Source: Candidatus Micrarchaeota archaeon (GTDB taxonomy: Archaea > Micrarchaeota > Micrarchaeia > Micrarchaeales > Micrarchaeaceae). From it: 64,000 nt of DNA. The position numbers were made by a program, and so were the translations under genes. Below, piece by piece: positions 44,497-53,375 of the stretch (position 1 is the stretch's first letter; each line of letters begins with the position of its first letter). Under the pieces are notes generated by a model. The model had not been told where the DNA came from. It made no database searches and saw nothing but the letters and a program-made list of their open reading frames with translations. The stretch is from positions 51,295 to 115,294 of the forward strand of contig DAHWIF010000011.1 of NCBI GenBank assembly GCA_027345565.1, in the 5' to 3' direction.

Positions 44497-45590
44497 TGGC
44501 GGTAATGCGCATCAATGTAGGCCCGATACACCCTGGCACTCACGGAGTGCTGCGCCTTGTGGTTGACGTTGACGGTGACACGATAAAACAGGTGGAGCCG
44601 CACATAGGCTTCCTCCATAGGGGAGTCGAGAAGCTCATGGAGACGAGGATGTACATGCAGAATCCATCTTACACAGAGAAGCTCGACTACATAGCGCCGC
44701 TTAGCTGGGACGACCTTTATGTCAGCTCGGTTGAGAAGGCGCTCGGCATACCGGTTAAGGAGTCGGCGCAATACGAAAGGGTGATACTCCTAGAGTTCCA
44801 GAGAATAGCGAGCCACCTCCTATGGCTCGGCACGTTTGTTAACGACATAGGTCAGCTTTTCACCGCGTTCATGTGGTGCTTCAGGGATAGAGCTCACATA
44901 CTAAAGCTGCTCGAGGACGTATCCGGCGGCAGAATGTTCTACGTCAACCTGAGGCTTGGCGGCTTTAACAAGAACCCGCCAGCGGACTTCGCAGAAAGGT
45001 GCCATGAGCTTGCAGATTATCTTGAGAGAAAAATAACCGAATATCCTGACATGCTTGACTCAAACAGCGTGTTCATGGAGAGGACAAAGGGGGTCGGCAC
45101 GCTGAAGAAAGACGATGCCATAGCGGCAGGCGTATCCGGCCCTGTGCTGCGCGCATCGGGGGTTGAAGAGGATGCAAGGAAATCGCATCCATATTATGTG
45201 TACGACAAGATGAAGTTCAGGGTGCCGGTGAAGACGAACGGGGACTGCTATGACAGGTATAGGGTCAGGTACGAGGAGATGCTTGAGAGCATAAGCATAA
45301 TACGCCAGGCTATAGATGCGATGCCGAGCGGCGACACGAAAGGCATGCCGATAAGGCTGATAGGGCCGATAGCAAAACCAGATGTCGTGATAAACCAGGA
45401 GGAGATGCCGAGGGGCGAGGGCGTAATCTACATGGTGCCGGACAAGCAGCGCCCGTACAGGATATCGCTCAGGTCCCCGGCCTTCATCAATCTTTCTGTG
45501 CTCCCGAAGATTTCTGAAGGGTACCGGTTCGCCGACCTGTTCTCTATAGTCGGGAGCCTTGACGTGATATTCGCCGAAATAGACAGGTAG
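44493..45590 (+). CDS. nuoD: Complex I-like subunit D (NuoD)
   Basis: GPIHPGTHGVLRL, HRGVEK, LDY and GSLD..EIDR; no NiFe CxxC pairs. Confidence 0.93.
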   Translation: MMAVMRINVGPIHPGTHGVLRLVVDVDGDTIKQVEPHIGFLHRGVEKLMETRMYMQNPSYTEKLDYIAPLSWDDLYVSSVEKALGIPVKESAQYERVILLEFQRIASHLLWLGTFVNDIGQLFTAFMWCFRDRAHILKLLEDVSGGRMFYVNLRLGGFNKNPPADFAERCHELADYLERKITEYPDMLDSNSVFMERTKGVGTLKKDDAIAAGVSGPVLRASGVEEDARKSHPYYVYDKMKFRVPVKTNGDCYDRYRVRYEEMLESISIIRQAIDAMPSGDTKGMPIRLIGPIAKPDVVINQEEMPRGEGVIYMVPDKQRPYRISLRSPAFINLSVLPKISEGYRFADLFSIVGSLDVIFAEIDR

Positions 45591-45620
45591 GAATAAAAAT
45601 ATCAAAAGAGGATTATATCC

Positions 45621-45977
45621 ATGGCAAAAGAGCAGCTCGAAAAGCTGTCATCAGATTATCAGGCTCTGCAGGAGCAGCTGCAGTCCCTTGCGCTGCAGAA
45701 GGCGCAGTTCACCGAGCAGATGGACGAGCTGAACGGCGCGCTTGAGGAGCTGAAGAACGCTAAGGGCAAGGTCTATTCTGCGATAGGCGGAGTTATGGTC
45801 GAGACAACGAAGGACGAGGCGATAAAGGGCGTGAAGGAGCGCCAGGAGTCAGCGGAGATGAGACTCACGATAATAAACAAGCAGTACGATGAAGCAGTGA
45901 AGAAGGAGAAGGCGCTGAGGGAGCAGATAGAGAGCATGATAAAGGGCGGTGCGCCCAGCAACGCAGTGACCTCATGA
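45621..45977 (+). CDS. pfdB: Prefoldin beta subunit
   Basis: Coiled coil - VYSAIGGVMV hairpin - coiled coil. Confidence 0.9.
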   Translation: MAKEQLEKLSSDYQALQEQLQSLALQKAQFTEQMDELNGALEELKNAKGKVYSAIGGVMVETTKDEAIKGVKERQESAEMRLTIINKQYDEAVKKEKALREQIESMIKGGAPSNAVTS

Positions 45978-47182
45978 AGATAGCTATAGTGTCTGACCTG
46001 CATCTTGGCTACGAGAGATTCGAGGAGGACGCATACCTGCAGGCAAAATCCGCATTGGAGTCGGCCAGCGAGATGGCAGACGCGGTGCTGATACCTGGGG
46101 ATATATTCGACAAGAGGTACCCGAGACCGGATGTCATATCGCAGGCAATAAACATATTCAGGGAGCTATCAAAGAGGAAATGGGGCGCTAGAATCACAGG
46201 CTATAATGGCAGCGTCGCCCTGCACACAGACGCTCCTATAATCGCCATACCGGGGACGCATGAGAGGATTGCCGAAGGCAAGGATAACGCGGTAAGGCTG
46301 CTCTCTCTCGCAGGGCTGCTCGCAGACACAAGCGAGGCAGTTACGACGATACAGAAGGGCGACGAGCTCGTTTCAGTATTCGGCCTTGGCGGGATTGCCG
46401 AGGAACTCGTAAAGGAGAGACTCGCAGCGCTATCTCCAAAGCCCACGAAAGGCGCATTCAGCATATTCATGTTCCATCAGTCGATATACGAGATGCTGCC
46501 GTACAACGACAATTTCATAAGGTATTCCGACCTCCCGAAGGGATTCGACCTCTACGTATCAGGGCATATGCACAGCAGGCAGGAGGCAGAGGTCCACGGC
46601 AAGAAGCTGCTCATACCAGGCAGCACAGTGCTCACCCAGATGAAAGGGGATGAACAGGGGAGCAAAGGCTTCATGGTGTTCGATACACGTGACTGCTCGC
46701 ACAAGTTCGTGCAGATAAATTCAAGACCATACATCACTACTGAGATAAAGGTGGAGGATGCGAAACCGTCGGAATTGATGAGCAGGTGCGAATCCGAAAT
46801 AGAGCGCATGGTCTCCGGCAAGAGCGCCAAGCCGATAATCAGGCTGAAGGTGACCGGCACCCTGGCAAAAGGCTTCGACAAGGCTGACCTAAATGCGCAC
46901 GCTCTCATGATGAAATATTCGGGCAGGGCCTTCCTGACCGTAGATGTCTCGCAGCTCTCGAGCCCCAGCACGGAACTGATGATAGACGAGCTCAGGGAGG
47001 GAAAGATAGATGACATTCCGATAAAGGAGCTCGGCATGCTCACGCTTTATAAGAGACTTAAGGATGCCGGAGCCGACCAGGCGATCAACTATACCGAGCT
47101 TTTCAACATACTCTCAAGCGAGGCGAGCAAGGAGAAGGTCGTAAAGTCTGCAGGAGAGCTGCTTTTCGCGGAGAGCGGATAG
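45974..47182 (+). CDS. mre11: Mre11/SbcD nuclease
   Basis: SDLHLG, GDIFD, GTHE, FHQ, GHMH and PGS. Confidence 0.88.
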   Translation: MKIAIVSDLHLGYERFEEDAYLQAKSALESASEMADAVLIPGDIFDKRYPRPDVISQAINIFRELSKRKWGARITGYNGSVALHTDAPIIAIPGTHERIAEGKDNAVRLLSLAGLLADTSEAVTTIQKGDELVSVFGLGGIAEELVKERLAALSPKPTKGAFSIFMFHQSIYEMLPYNDNFIRYSDLPKGFDLYVSGHMHSRQEAEVHGKKLLIPGSTVLTQMKGDEQGSKGFMVFDTRDCSHKFVQINSRPYITTEIKVEDAKPSELMSRCESEIERMVSGKSAKPIIRLKVTGTLAKGFDKADLNAHALMMKYSGRAFLTVDVSQLSSPSTELMIDELREGKIDDIPIKELGMLTLYKRLKDAGADQAINYTELFNILSSEASKEKVVKSAGELLFAESG

Positions 47183-47419
47183 CTACTTCATGCGCTCTAT
47201 TATGCCTAGCGTACGGTTAAGCTGCTCCTTGTTTTTCGGGTCTATTACCTCTTTAAGGAACTCAAGATGCTTTGGGTTGCACTTCCTCTCCTTCTTGCTC
47301 CTAGATGCTGATATTATCTTGACGGTCCCATCTTGGAGCACAGCGGTTATCACCGCCCTGCTACCAGCATCGCGCCCGTACTTCTTCACGCATACGCGTC
47401 CAATTTCCAAAAGCACCAT
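47183..47419 (-). CDS. rpl14e: 50S ribosomal protein L14e
   Basis: EIGRVCVKKYGRDAG and NPKHLE. Confidence 0.92.
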   Translation of the reverse strand: MVLLEIGRVCVKKYGRDAGSRAVITAVLQDGTVKIISASRSKKERKCNPKHLEFLKEVIDPKNKEQLNRTLGIIERMK

Positions 47420-47420
47420 A

Positions 47421-47972
47421 TCACTCCTTTATCCTCTTCAATATATCGCTAGCTACCTGCCCGGCGGTCATTCCTGATGTATTTATTATTACATCAAAGG
47501 GTTTTTTATCTCTGCCTAATTTAATCCCATATAGGCGCCTGTAGAGCCTATAGTTCATTGCGTCGCGTTCGCCTATTATGCGCCTTGCCAATTTGGCGCT
47601 TATTCCATCCCGGCGCGCCATCCTCGTAGCCCTCACGCTCTTGCTGGCGTCGAGCCACACCTTGAACCCTTTCTTCGAAAGCCACGGCATCGTGTAGCTG
47701 GTCATAACCACCCTGCCTTTCTTTATCCTTTCGAGCATGCGCCTGTCCGCCTCCCTGTCGAACCTCTGGTCGTTTTCGCGCTCACCAAGGAAGCGCATGC
47801 CTTCGTCAGAGTCCCACCAACCGGCCCCGCCGGGCGTGTAGCCGGCGTCGCTGGCAATCTTCCTGAGCACCTCGCCGCCTCCCAGCATCCCAACGCGAAG
47901 CCTGCGGCTCAATAGCCTCGCCACAGATGTCTTACCAGAAGCAGGCAACCCGGATAATATAACCGCGTCCAT
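47421..47972 (-). CDS. cmk: Cytidylate kinase (archaeal type)
   Basis: SGLPASGKT, RMARRD and YRRLYGI; position between L34e and L14e. Confidence 0.88.
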   Translation of the reverse strand: MDAVILSGLPASGKTSVARLLSRRLRVGMLGGGEVLRKIASDAGYTPGGAGWWDSDEGMRFLGERENDQRFDREADRRMLERIKKGRVVMTSYTMPWLSKKGFKVWLDASKSVRATRMARRDGISAKLARRIIGERDAMNYRLYRRLYGIKLGRDKKPFDVIINTSGMTAGQVASDILKRIKE

Positions 47973-48006
47973 AGCTAATCCTATCCCAGCCAAACAGCCG
48001 TAGGCG

Positions 48007-48324
48007 TCAGTGCGCAACGAGCTGCAGCACGTACGATCTCTGCTTGACGCTTACGTCGTTCAGCTTCATGTCCCCGCGCTCGACCCTGCTCCCGAGCTTC
48101 ACGACTTCAGCTGCGCAGCTTGCGCACAATACGCCTCCGAATATACGGCTGTTCGTCCTTCTGGACTTTCCGCCACGCACGCTTATCCCGTTCAGCTCCG
48201 CAGCGCATATGGCGCAATGCGGCATCGAGTGCGAAGCACGCCTGAAATGCATGACATTCCTGCCGCTAGAGGTGACGCGGTTAGCGCGCCTGAAGCTTCT
48301 TGACCTGTGCATAGGTTTTGGCAA
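48007..48324 (-). CDS. rpl34e: 50S ribosomal protein L34e
   Basis: PKPMHRSRS, CAIC and RIFGGVLCASC; TTG start with AGGTG RBS. Confidence 0.9.
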   Translation of the reverse strand: MPKPMHRSRSFRRANRVTSSGRNVMHFRRASHSMPHCAICAAELNGISVRGGKSRRTNSRIFGGVLCASCAAEVVKLGSRVERGDMKLNDVSVKQRSYVLQLVAH

Positions 48325-48370
48325 AATCAGCACCTTGGAGTATTATCGTACAAAAGGTATAAAGAGGCTA

Positions 48371-48883
48371 TCATTCCGATATGCCCTCGGCGGCGAGCTT
48401 CGCCTTCGTGTCCAGCTTAGCCCTCCTCCGGTCATACAGCAGTATGCTTACCGATGTGATGAGCCCAAGGACAAAGACCACTACGAAGAAAAGCCCCCTG
48501 TATTGAAGGCTGAATGCTGTGTTGAACAGGCTGAACGAGACGCTGTCGGTGCCAAGCGAGCTGAACAGGAACGGCAATATAAGGTAGTACACGACCAGGA
48601 AAGATGGTATCAGCACTATGGTAGACTTCATATTCAGCGACATGCTCTGCTTCACGAGCGGCATCATCTCTTTCTGCTTCGCGGATATCTCCTCCTTCGG
48701 CGCATCCCTCTTTATCATCTCGTTGAGCTCCTTCGAGCGTATCTTTATCTGGTCTTGGAGCGCCCTTGTCTTTTTCGGGTTCGACAGTTTCCTCTGGACG
48801 GCAGCCGCCCCTATCGTGTATGCGACCCCGAGCGCCACTATCTCGTAGACAGACAGGGTGGGCAGCACAGTGAGCGCGAGCAT
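48371..48883 (-). CDS. DUF106 / EMC3-TMCO1 (Oxa1 superfamily) membrane protein
   Basis: TM - coiled coil - 2 TM; conserved position after adk. Confidence 0.8.
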   Translation of the reverse strand: MLALTVLPTLSVYEIVALGVAYTIGAAAVQRKLSNPKKTRALQDQIKIRSKELNEMIKRDAPKEEISAKQKEMMPLVKQSMSLNMKSTIVLIPSFLVVYYLILPFLFSSLGTDSVSFSLFNTAFSLQYRGLFFVVVFVLGLITSVSILLYDRRRAKLDTKAKLAAEGISE

Positions 48884-48886
48884 GCT

Positions 48887-49456
48887 TTACACCCCGAAAA
48901 TGCCGGAGATTGCGTCCTTCAGCGCTTCCACAGCCTCGTCTGCCCTGTTCTGCCTGTTGTCTATTATGTACATTGGGATGTTCAGCTTGCTCGAGTATGC
49001 CGAGATTATGCTGATCTCTACTATCCTGTCATTGTCTATCTGGTGTGCATCCTCCTTCTCGCGCACCCTGCTCCTGTCTGCAGAGCGCCTCTTCATTATG
49101 TCGCGGGTATCCGCATCTATATGCACGAAGCCAACCACCCCTTTAAGCGCGTCCAGGAACATGAACGGCGAACCAGGGAAGTACATGCTGCCTGCCTTTA
49201 TGGCTGCATGTGTGTCTATCACCACGTTGCCGCCTATGCCGCTCACCTTTTTGAACGCCATCCGCTGCACCTCCCGTTGCCTTTTTCTGCTCATGTACCT
49301 AACCTTGTCCCTGGAGGTTGCGTATCCCTTCTTTTTGGCTATCTCCTCCATGATGCTCCCGAAATTCACTACTTTGGTGCGCTTATAGCCCCTTATCCTC
49401 TCGACCAGCGTAGTCTTGCCTGCTCCTGCTGTACCTGTAACTATAACAAACGGCAT
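48887..49456 (-). CDS. adkA: Adenylate kinase (archaeal type)
   Basis: TGTAGAGKTT, VNFGSIM, IDTH and RR..D..R. Confidence 0.9.
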   Translation of the reverse strand: MPFVIVTGTAGAGKTTLVERIRGYKRTKVVNFGSIMEEIAKKKGYATSRDKVRYMSRKRQREVQRMAFKKVSGIGGNVVIDTHAAIKAGSMYFPGSPFMFLDALKGVVGFVHIDADTRDIMKRRSADRSRVREKEDAHQIDNDRIVEISIISAYSSKLNIPMYIIDNRQNRADEAVEALKDAISGIFGV

Positions 49457-49500
49457 GGGAACGATTAACTATGCAACTAAAAGTATAAAAGAAAAGAGGA

Positions 49501-51159
49501 TTAGTCCTCCATGCCGTGCTCGTGGCCTCCCATGCCTCCGCCTGGGCCGCCAGGCGGCGCCCTGCCCTTCGAGCTTATCATGTCGTCTATCCTCAGTATT
49601 ATCTCGGCAGCCTCGCTGGCGCTGTAGATAGCCTGTTCCTTTACCTTCAGCGGTTCGAACACGCCCTGCTTGGCCATGTCGCCGATCTCGTTCTTCGTTA
49701 TGTCGACGCCAGCCACGCCTCCCTCCTTCGATCTGTGCTTGCTCCTGAGCTGCACGAGCGTGTCTATCGCGTCCATTCCCGCGCTCTCGGCAAGCGTCTT
49801 CGGTATGACCTCAAGCGCATCGGCGAACTTCTGTATCGCGAGCTGCTCCCTGCCGCCTACGTCGTTGGCATAGGATCTCAGCCCGTTCGCGACGTCCACC
49901 TCGACGCTTCCGCCGCCTATGACATACTTTCCATCCATCATCACGCTCGATATCGCGCCTATCACATCAGTAATCGACCTCTCGACCTCGTCGACCACCT
50001 GCTGGTTGCCTCCCCTCACGAATATCGTGACGCTCTTCGGCACCTTGCATTTCTCGACGAATATCATGCGCTCCCCGCTTATCTTTCTCTCCTCTACGAG
50101 GCCTGCGAATCCGAGGTCCTTTGCGCTAAGGTCGTCAAGGCTGGTGACTATCCTCGCTCCAGTCGCTCTCGCGAGCTTCTCTATGTCGCTCTTCTTGACT
50201 CTCCTCACGGCCAGTATGCCCTCCTTGGCCAGGTAGTGCTGCGCGACGTCGTCTATGCCCTTCTGTGTGAACATCGCTGTGCAGCCGCTCTTCTTTATCT
50301 TGGCCACCATCTCCTTCAGCATGCGCTCCTCCTGCTGCAGGAACGCCTGCATCTGCTCCGGCGACGTTATCTCTATCTTCGCTTCCGTCTCGGTCTTCTC
50401 TATTTCCAACGCAACGTCCAGCAGCGCTATCTTCGCGTTCGATACGTTCTTCGGCATTCCGGGGTGCGCTATCTCCTTGTCTATAAGGACACCGCCTATC
50501 AGCTCGGTGTCGCCGATTGCCCCGCCCGCCTTCTTCTCGACCTTTATGAAATCGTGGTCTATCACAGTAGTGCCGGCCACGTTCTTCTCCATGACCTGCT
50601 TGACCGCGCTTATGACTATCTTGCCCAGGTGCATCTTCGTCGCTTCGTCGCCTACATTCTTCGAGCCCATGGACACCTGCGCTATCCTCTGCAGCGTCTG
50701 GTCGTCAGATACGCTGACCTTCCTCGCCACTGCACTTAGTATGTCCGTGGCCTTGCGCGCAGCCATCTTGTACCCCCTTATTATCGTTGTCGGGTGTATC
50801 CCCTGCTCTATCAGGTCGCCTGCCCCTTTGAGCAGCTCCCCCGCCATTATGACAACGCTTGTCGTGCCGTCACCGACCTCCTTGTCCTGCGTCTTCGCTA
50901 TGTCGACCATTATCTTCGCCACCGGATGCTCGACGTTCATCTCCTCGAGTATCGTGGCCCCGTCATTCGTTATTATTATGTCGCCCAGCTCGCTAACGAG
51001 CATCTTGTCCATGCCCTTCGGGCCCAGCGTGGTCTTCACGGCGCTAGCTACGGCTACCGCGACTGCGATGTTCGTGCGCTGCGCGTCCCTGCCGAGCACG
51101 CGCGATGCACCTTCCGGAAGCAAAAGAACCTGTTGTCCGCCTAGTTGGTTTTCAGCCAT
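49501..51159 (-). CDS. ths: Thermosome (group II chaperonin) subunit
   Basis: TLGPKGMDKML, TNDGATIL, GDGTTS and ILRIDD; GGM tail. Confidence 0.97.
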   Translation of the reverse strand: MAENQLGGQQVLLLPEGASRVLGRDAQRTNIAVAVAVASAVKTTLGPKGMDKMLVSELGDIIITNDGATILEEMNVEHPVAKIMVDIAKTQDKEVGDGTTSVVIMAGELLKGAGDLIEQGIHPTTIIRGYKMAARKATDILSAVARKVSVSDDQTLQRIAQVSMGSKNVGDEATKMHLGKIVISAVKQVMEKNVAGTTVIDHDFIKVEKKAGGAIGDTELIGGVLIDKEIAHPGMPKNVSNAKIALLDVALEIEKTETEAKIEITSPEQMQAFLQQEERMLKEMVAKIKKSGCTAMFTQKGIDDVAQHYLAKEGILAVRRVKKSDIEKLARATGARIVTSLDDLSAKDLGFAGLVEERKISGERMIFVEKCKVPKSVTIFVRGGNQQVVDEVERSITDVIGAISSVMMDGKYVIGGGSVEVDVANGLRSYANDVGGREQLAIQKFADALEVIPKTLAESAGMDAIDTLVQLRSKHRSKEGGVAGVDITKNEIGDMAKQGVFEPLKVKEQAIYSASEAAEIILRIDDMISSKGRAPPGGPGGGMGGHEHGMED

Positions 51160-51173
51160 GATAATTCACCCTC

Positions 51174-51244
51174 ATGTTAGCGTAAAACAATGCGCGATTT
51201 TTATGAATCAGCCCTTGAAATCGATGCGCATATAGCGCTAATAT
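51174..51244 (-). promoter_or_regulatory. Nested inverted repeats in the thermosome 5' leader
   Basis: TTAGCG/CGCTAA, ATGCGC/GCGCAT and CGATTT/AAATCG nested between the TATA box (51258-51265) and the GAGGGTGA RBS. Confidence 0.5.
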
Positions 51245-51327
51245 TTAGTCGGTAAAGTATTTATATCTTATCAATACACGGTCTCATGCAAGCGTGGGCA
51301 AGTCAAAATGGACTACAGGCCGATAAC

Positions 51328-51939
51328 TTATGCGGCTGCCTCCTCGTTAAACCTGCGAAGCGCACTCTCTATCCTTGTTTTATCCTGCCTGGCTTTTTCC
51401 CTGCGCAGTACTGGATGCAATAATGCCGTAAGTCTCTGAGTGTGTAGATACTTTCTTGTAACATCGTCTAACATATTGAATTCGATTTCTGTACCAACGA
51501 GCGCAGCAAGTTTCTTATCATCATCGGCAATCCTCTGGTTTACATTTATCCCTCTCAAAACCGATACCAGCTGGTACAACCGCGCAACATCAGTACCTAC
51601 TATAATTCCTCGAATGAGTAATGGACCACTGACAAATCCTTCAGACCTAAGTATATGTAAGCCTCTGTTATAAAGCCTCATAAACTCTTCATGCGGAAGA
51701 GCGCGCAGAATTTCATTTCTCTGCTCACGGTACTTTCCTATAATCTCATTCGTCCTTTCAGCTAATGCTATTCTGCCTCGTCTGTTTGCGCTCAGCCTCT
51801 CCTCGCCAAAAATAGCATCAAGGCTCCCGACCAGCCTGTCAGTTTTCTTCTGCAGGGTCCCCCACGAAGAAAGAACAGTATCCATGGCTGGCGAAGCCCT
51901 AGTTATAGTTCCAACGGCTACGGTGTGTTGTGCATCCAT
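51328..51939 (-). CDS. Hypothetical protein (orphan)
   Basis: ~203-aa ORF, more AT-rich than its neighbours by eye, GGGGGA RBS-like element. Confidence 0.7.
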   Translation of the reverse strand: MDAQHTVAVGTITRASPAMDTVLSSWGTLQKKTDRLVGSLDAIFGEERLSANRRGRIALAERTNEIIGKYREQRNEILRALPHEEFMRLYNRGLHILRSEGFVSGPLLIRGIIVGTDVARLYQLVSVLRGINVNQRIADDDKKLAALVGTEIEFNMLDDVTRKYLHTQRLTALLHPVLRREKARQDKTRIESALRRFNEEAAA

Positions 51940-51952
51940 CAAGATCCCCCGG

Positions 51953-52012
51953 TAGGTCTGATATCAGAGATATTCATAATTATAGGTCTGATATCAGAGA
52001 TATTTATAATTA
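51953..52012. repeat. Tandem 30-bp duplication, each copy with a 12-bp palindrome and TATA-like box
   Basis: TAGGTCTGATATCAGAGATATT(C/T)ATAATTA x2, 29/30 identical. Confidence 0.9.
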
Positions 52013-52053
52013 ACTGCAGGGCAACCTACCAACTGGGGCCGCTTCGCAGTATT

Positions 52054-52839
52054 TCAGACCAAACGGTCCACAATAACACCGAAGCCCCTTTCAATGTCCT
52101 TGTACTTAAGCACTGGCACCTCCCCAACGTCGCTGCAGCTATCGAACCTATCGTCGTTTTTTATGCAGCCGAGCAACTCCGTGCCTAAGCCATTAGCAGC
52201 CTCTAACGTGCTGCTGCTTGGCTTGCCATCCGACATGTTCTCCACAACGCCAAGTATGTGGGCGCCCAGCCGCTTGGCCATGATCCCAGACCTCATAGAG
52301 TTTACACCCGCTATCTTCTGAGGCGTGGTTACCAGTATGAAGCCGTCGATGTCAAGCAGCTGCATCGTGGTGAGCGGTACTTCGCTCGTCCCTGGAGGCA
52401 TATCAATTACAAGGTAGTCAAGCTCCCCCCAATCGGTGTGCTCGAGGAAATCGCTGACCATCTTCGAGATGAGCGGGCCCCTCCATATTATCGGTTTTTT
52501 CACCTCGTCTACCAGCATGGCGGTTGACGCCACCTTCACACCATCCTTAATCGGCGGATGCAGCGGTGCATGCGGGTCCATCTTGTCGTCCATGCCAAGG
52601 AACATGGTCACGTTCGGGCAGTCTATGTCCGCATCTAGCAAGCCGACCTTCAGCCCCCTTGCAGACAACGCATAAGCCAGGTTTATTGCAACTGTAGTCT
52701 TTCCTACCCCTCCTTTGGCGCTGTATACGCCTACCTTGTGCTTTATCCTTGCAAGGTTCTCCTTAACGCGCTGCCTCTGCTGGATCACCCTTGCGAACGA
52801 TGGGTGGGCTCCTGGAGGCAGCTGCGTTTCACCCTCCAT
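52054..52839 (-). CDS. Mrp/NBP35 (ApbC) family P-loop ATPase
   Basis: KGGVGKTT, IIWRGP, WGELDYLVIDMPPGT and GVVENMS. Confidence 0.9.
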   Translation of the reverse strand: MEGETQLPPGAHPSFARVIQQRQRVKENLARIKHKVGVYSAKGGVGKTTVAINLAYALSARGLKVGLLDADIDCPNVTMFLGMDDKMDPHAPLHPPIKDGVKVASTAMLVDEVKKPIIWRGPLISKMVSDFLEHTDWGELDYLVIDMPPGTSEVPLTTMQLLDIDGFILVTTPQKIAGVNSMRSGIMAKRLGAHILGVVENMSDGKPSSSTLEAANGLGTELLGCIKNDDRFDSCSDVGEVPVLKYKDIERGFGVIVDRLV

Positions 52840-52986
52840 GATATGATTACGCTGCTCAAAGCTAAAAACATGTTATCACAATGCCACAAATCCGGAATAT
52901 CTGCTAGCCTTAAATAACTTTCCCATCATAATAACCTCTGGAAACGGAAACGAGCTATTGCTAGTTTTAGTACCAAAAGTGATAGA

Positions 52987-53349
52987 ATGAAGATATCTGA
53001 ACTGAGAGCAGGAGCCAGCAATGTCACCGTGACAGGCAAGGTTGTGCAGAAAGAGGAGCCGCGCGAAGTGGTTACCAAGTACGGGAAGAGGCTCAGCGTG
53101 GCCAACATAACGCTTCAGGACGACTCAGGAAGCATCGCGATGTCGCTTTGGGGAGACACGATAAACGAGGTCGACCAGGGCGACACGATAGAGGTGTCGA
53201 ACGCGTATGTCAACGAGTTCAGGGGCAACCCGCAGCTTTCGACAGGCAAGTTCGGCAAGATAAAGGTCATAGAGAAAGGCGATGGCTCAGCAAGCGCATC
53301 GTCAGAAGCGCCAGCCTCGCCTGAGGAGGGCTCTGACGAAGAGATGTAA
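52987..53349 (+). CDS. ssb: Single-OB-fold ssDNA-binding protein with acidic tail
   Basis: MKISEL..DDSGSIAMSLW..NAYVNEFRG..QLS; EEGSDEEM tail. Confidence 0.9.
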   Translation: MKISELRAGASNVTVTGKVVQKEEPREVVTKYGKRLSVANITLQDDSGSIAMSLWGDTINEVDQGDTIEVSNAYVNEFRGNPQLSTGKFGKIKVIEKGDGSASASSEAPASPEEGSDEEM

Positions 53350-53375
53350 GACAATACTGTAAAAAGGCTGGGTTT

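Noticed and set aside
43542-45590. Group 4 [NiFe] hydrogenase
   Set aside because: The large subunit lacks both CxxC nickel motifs and the small subunit has the tandem CC of NuoB
48044-49468. 474-aa plus-strand ORF and other long antisense ORFs (e.g. 49516-50739, 223-1155)
   Set aside because: They are shadows of well-identified opposite-strand genes and have no motifs of their own
51953-52012. Mini CRISPR array
   Set aside because: The two copies are directly adjacent with no spacer and there are no cas genes
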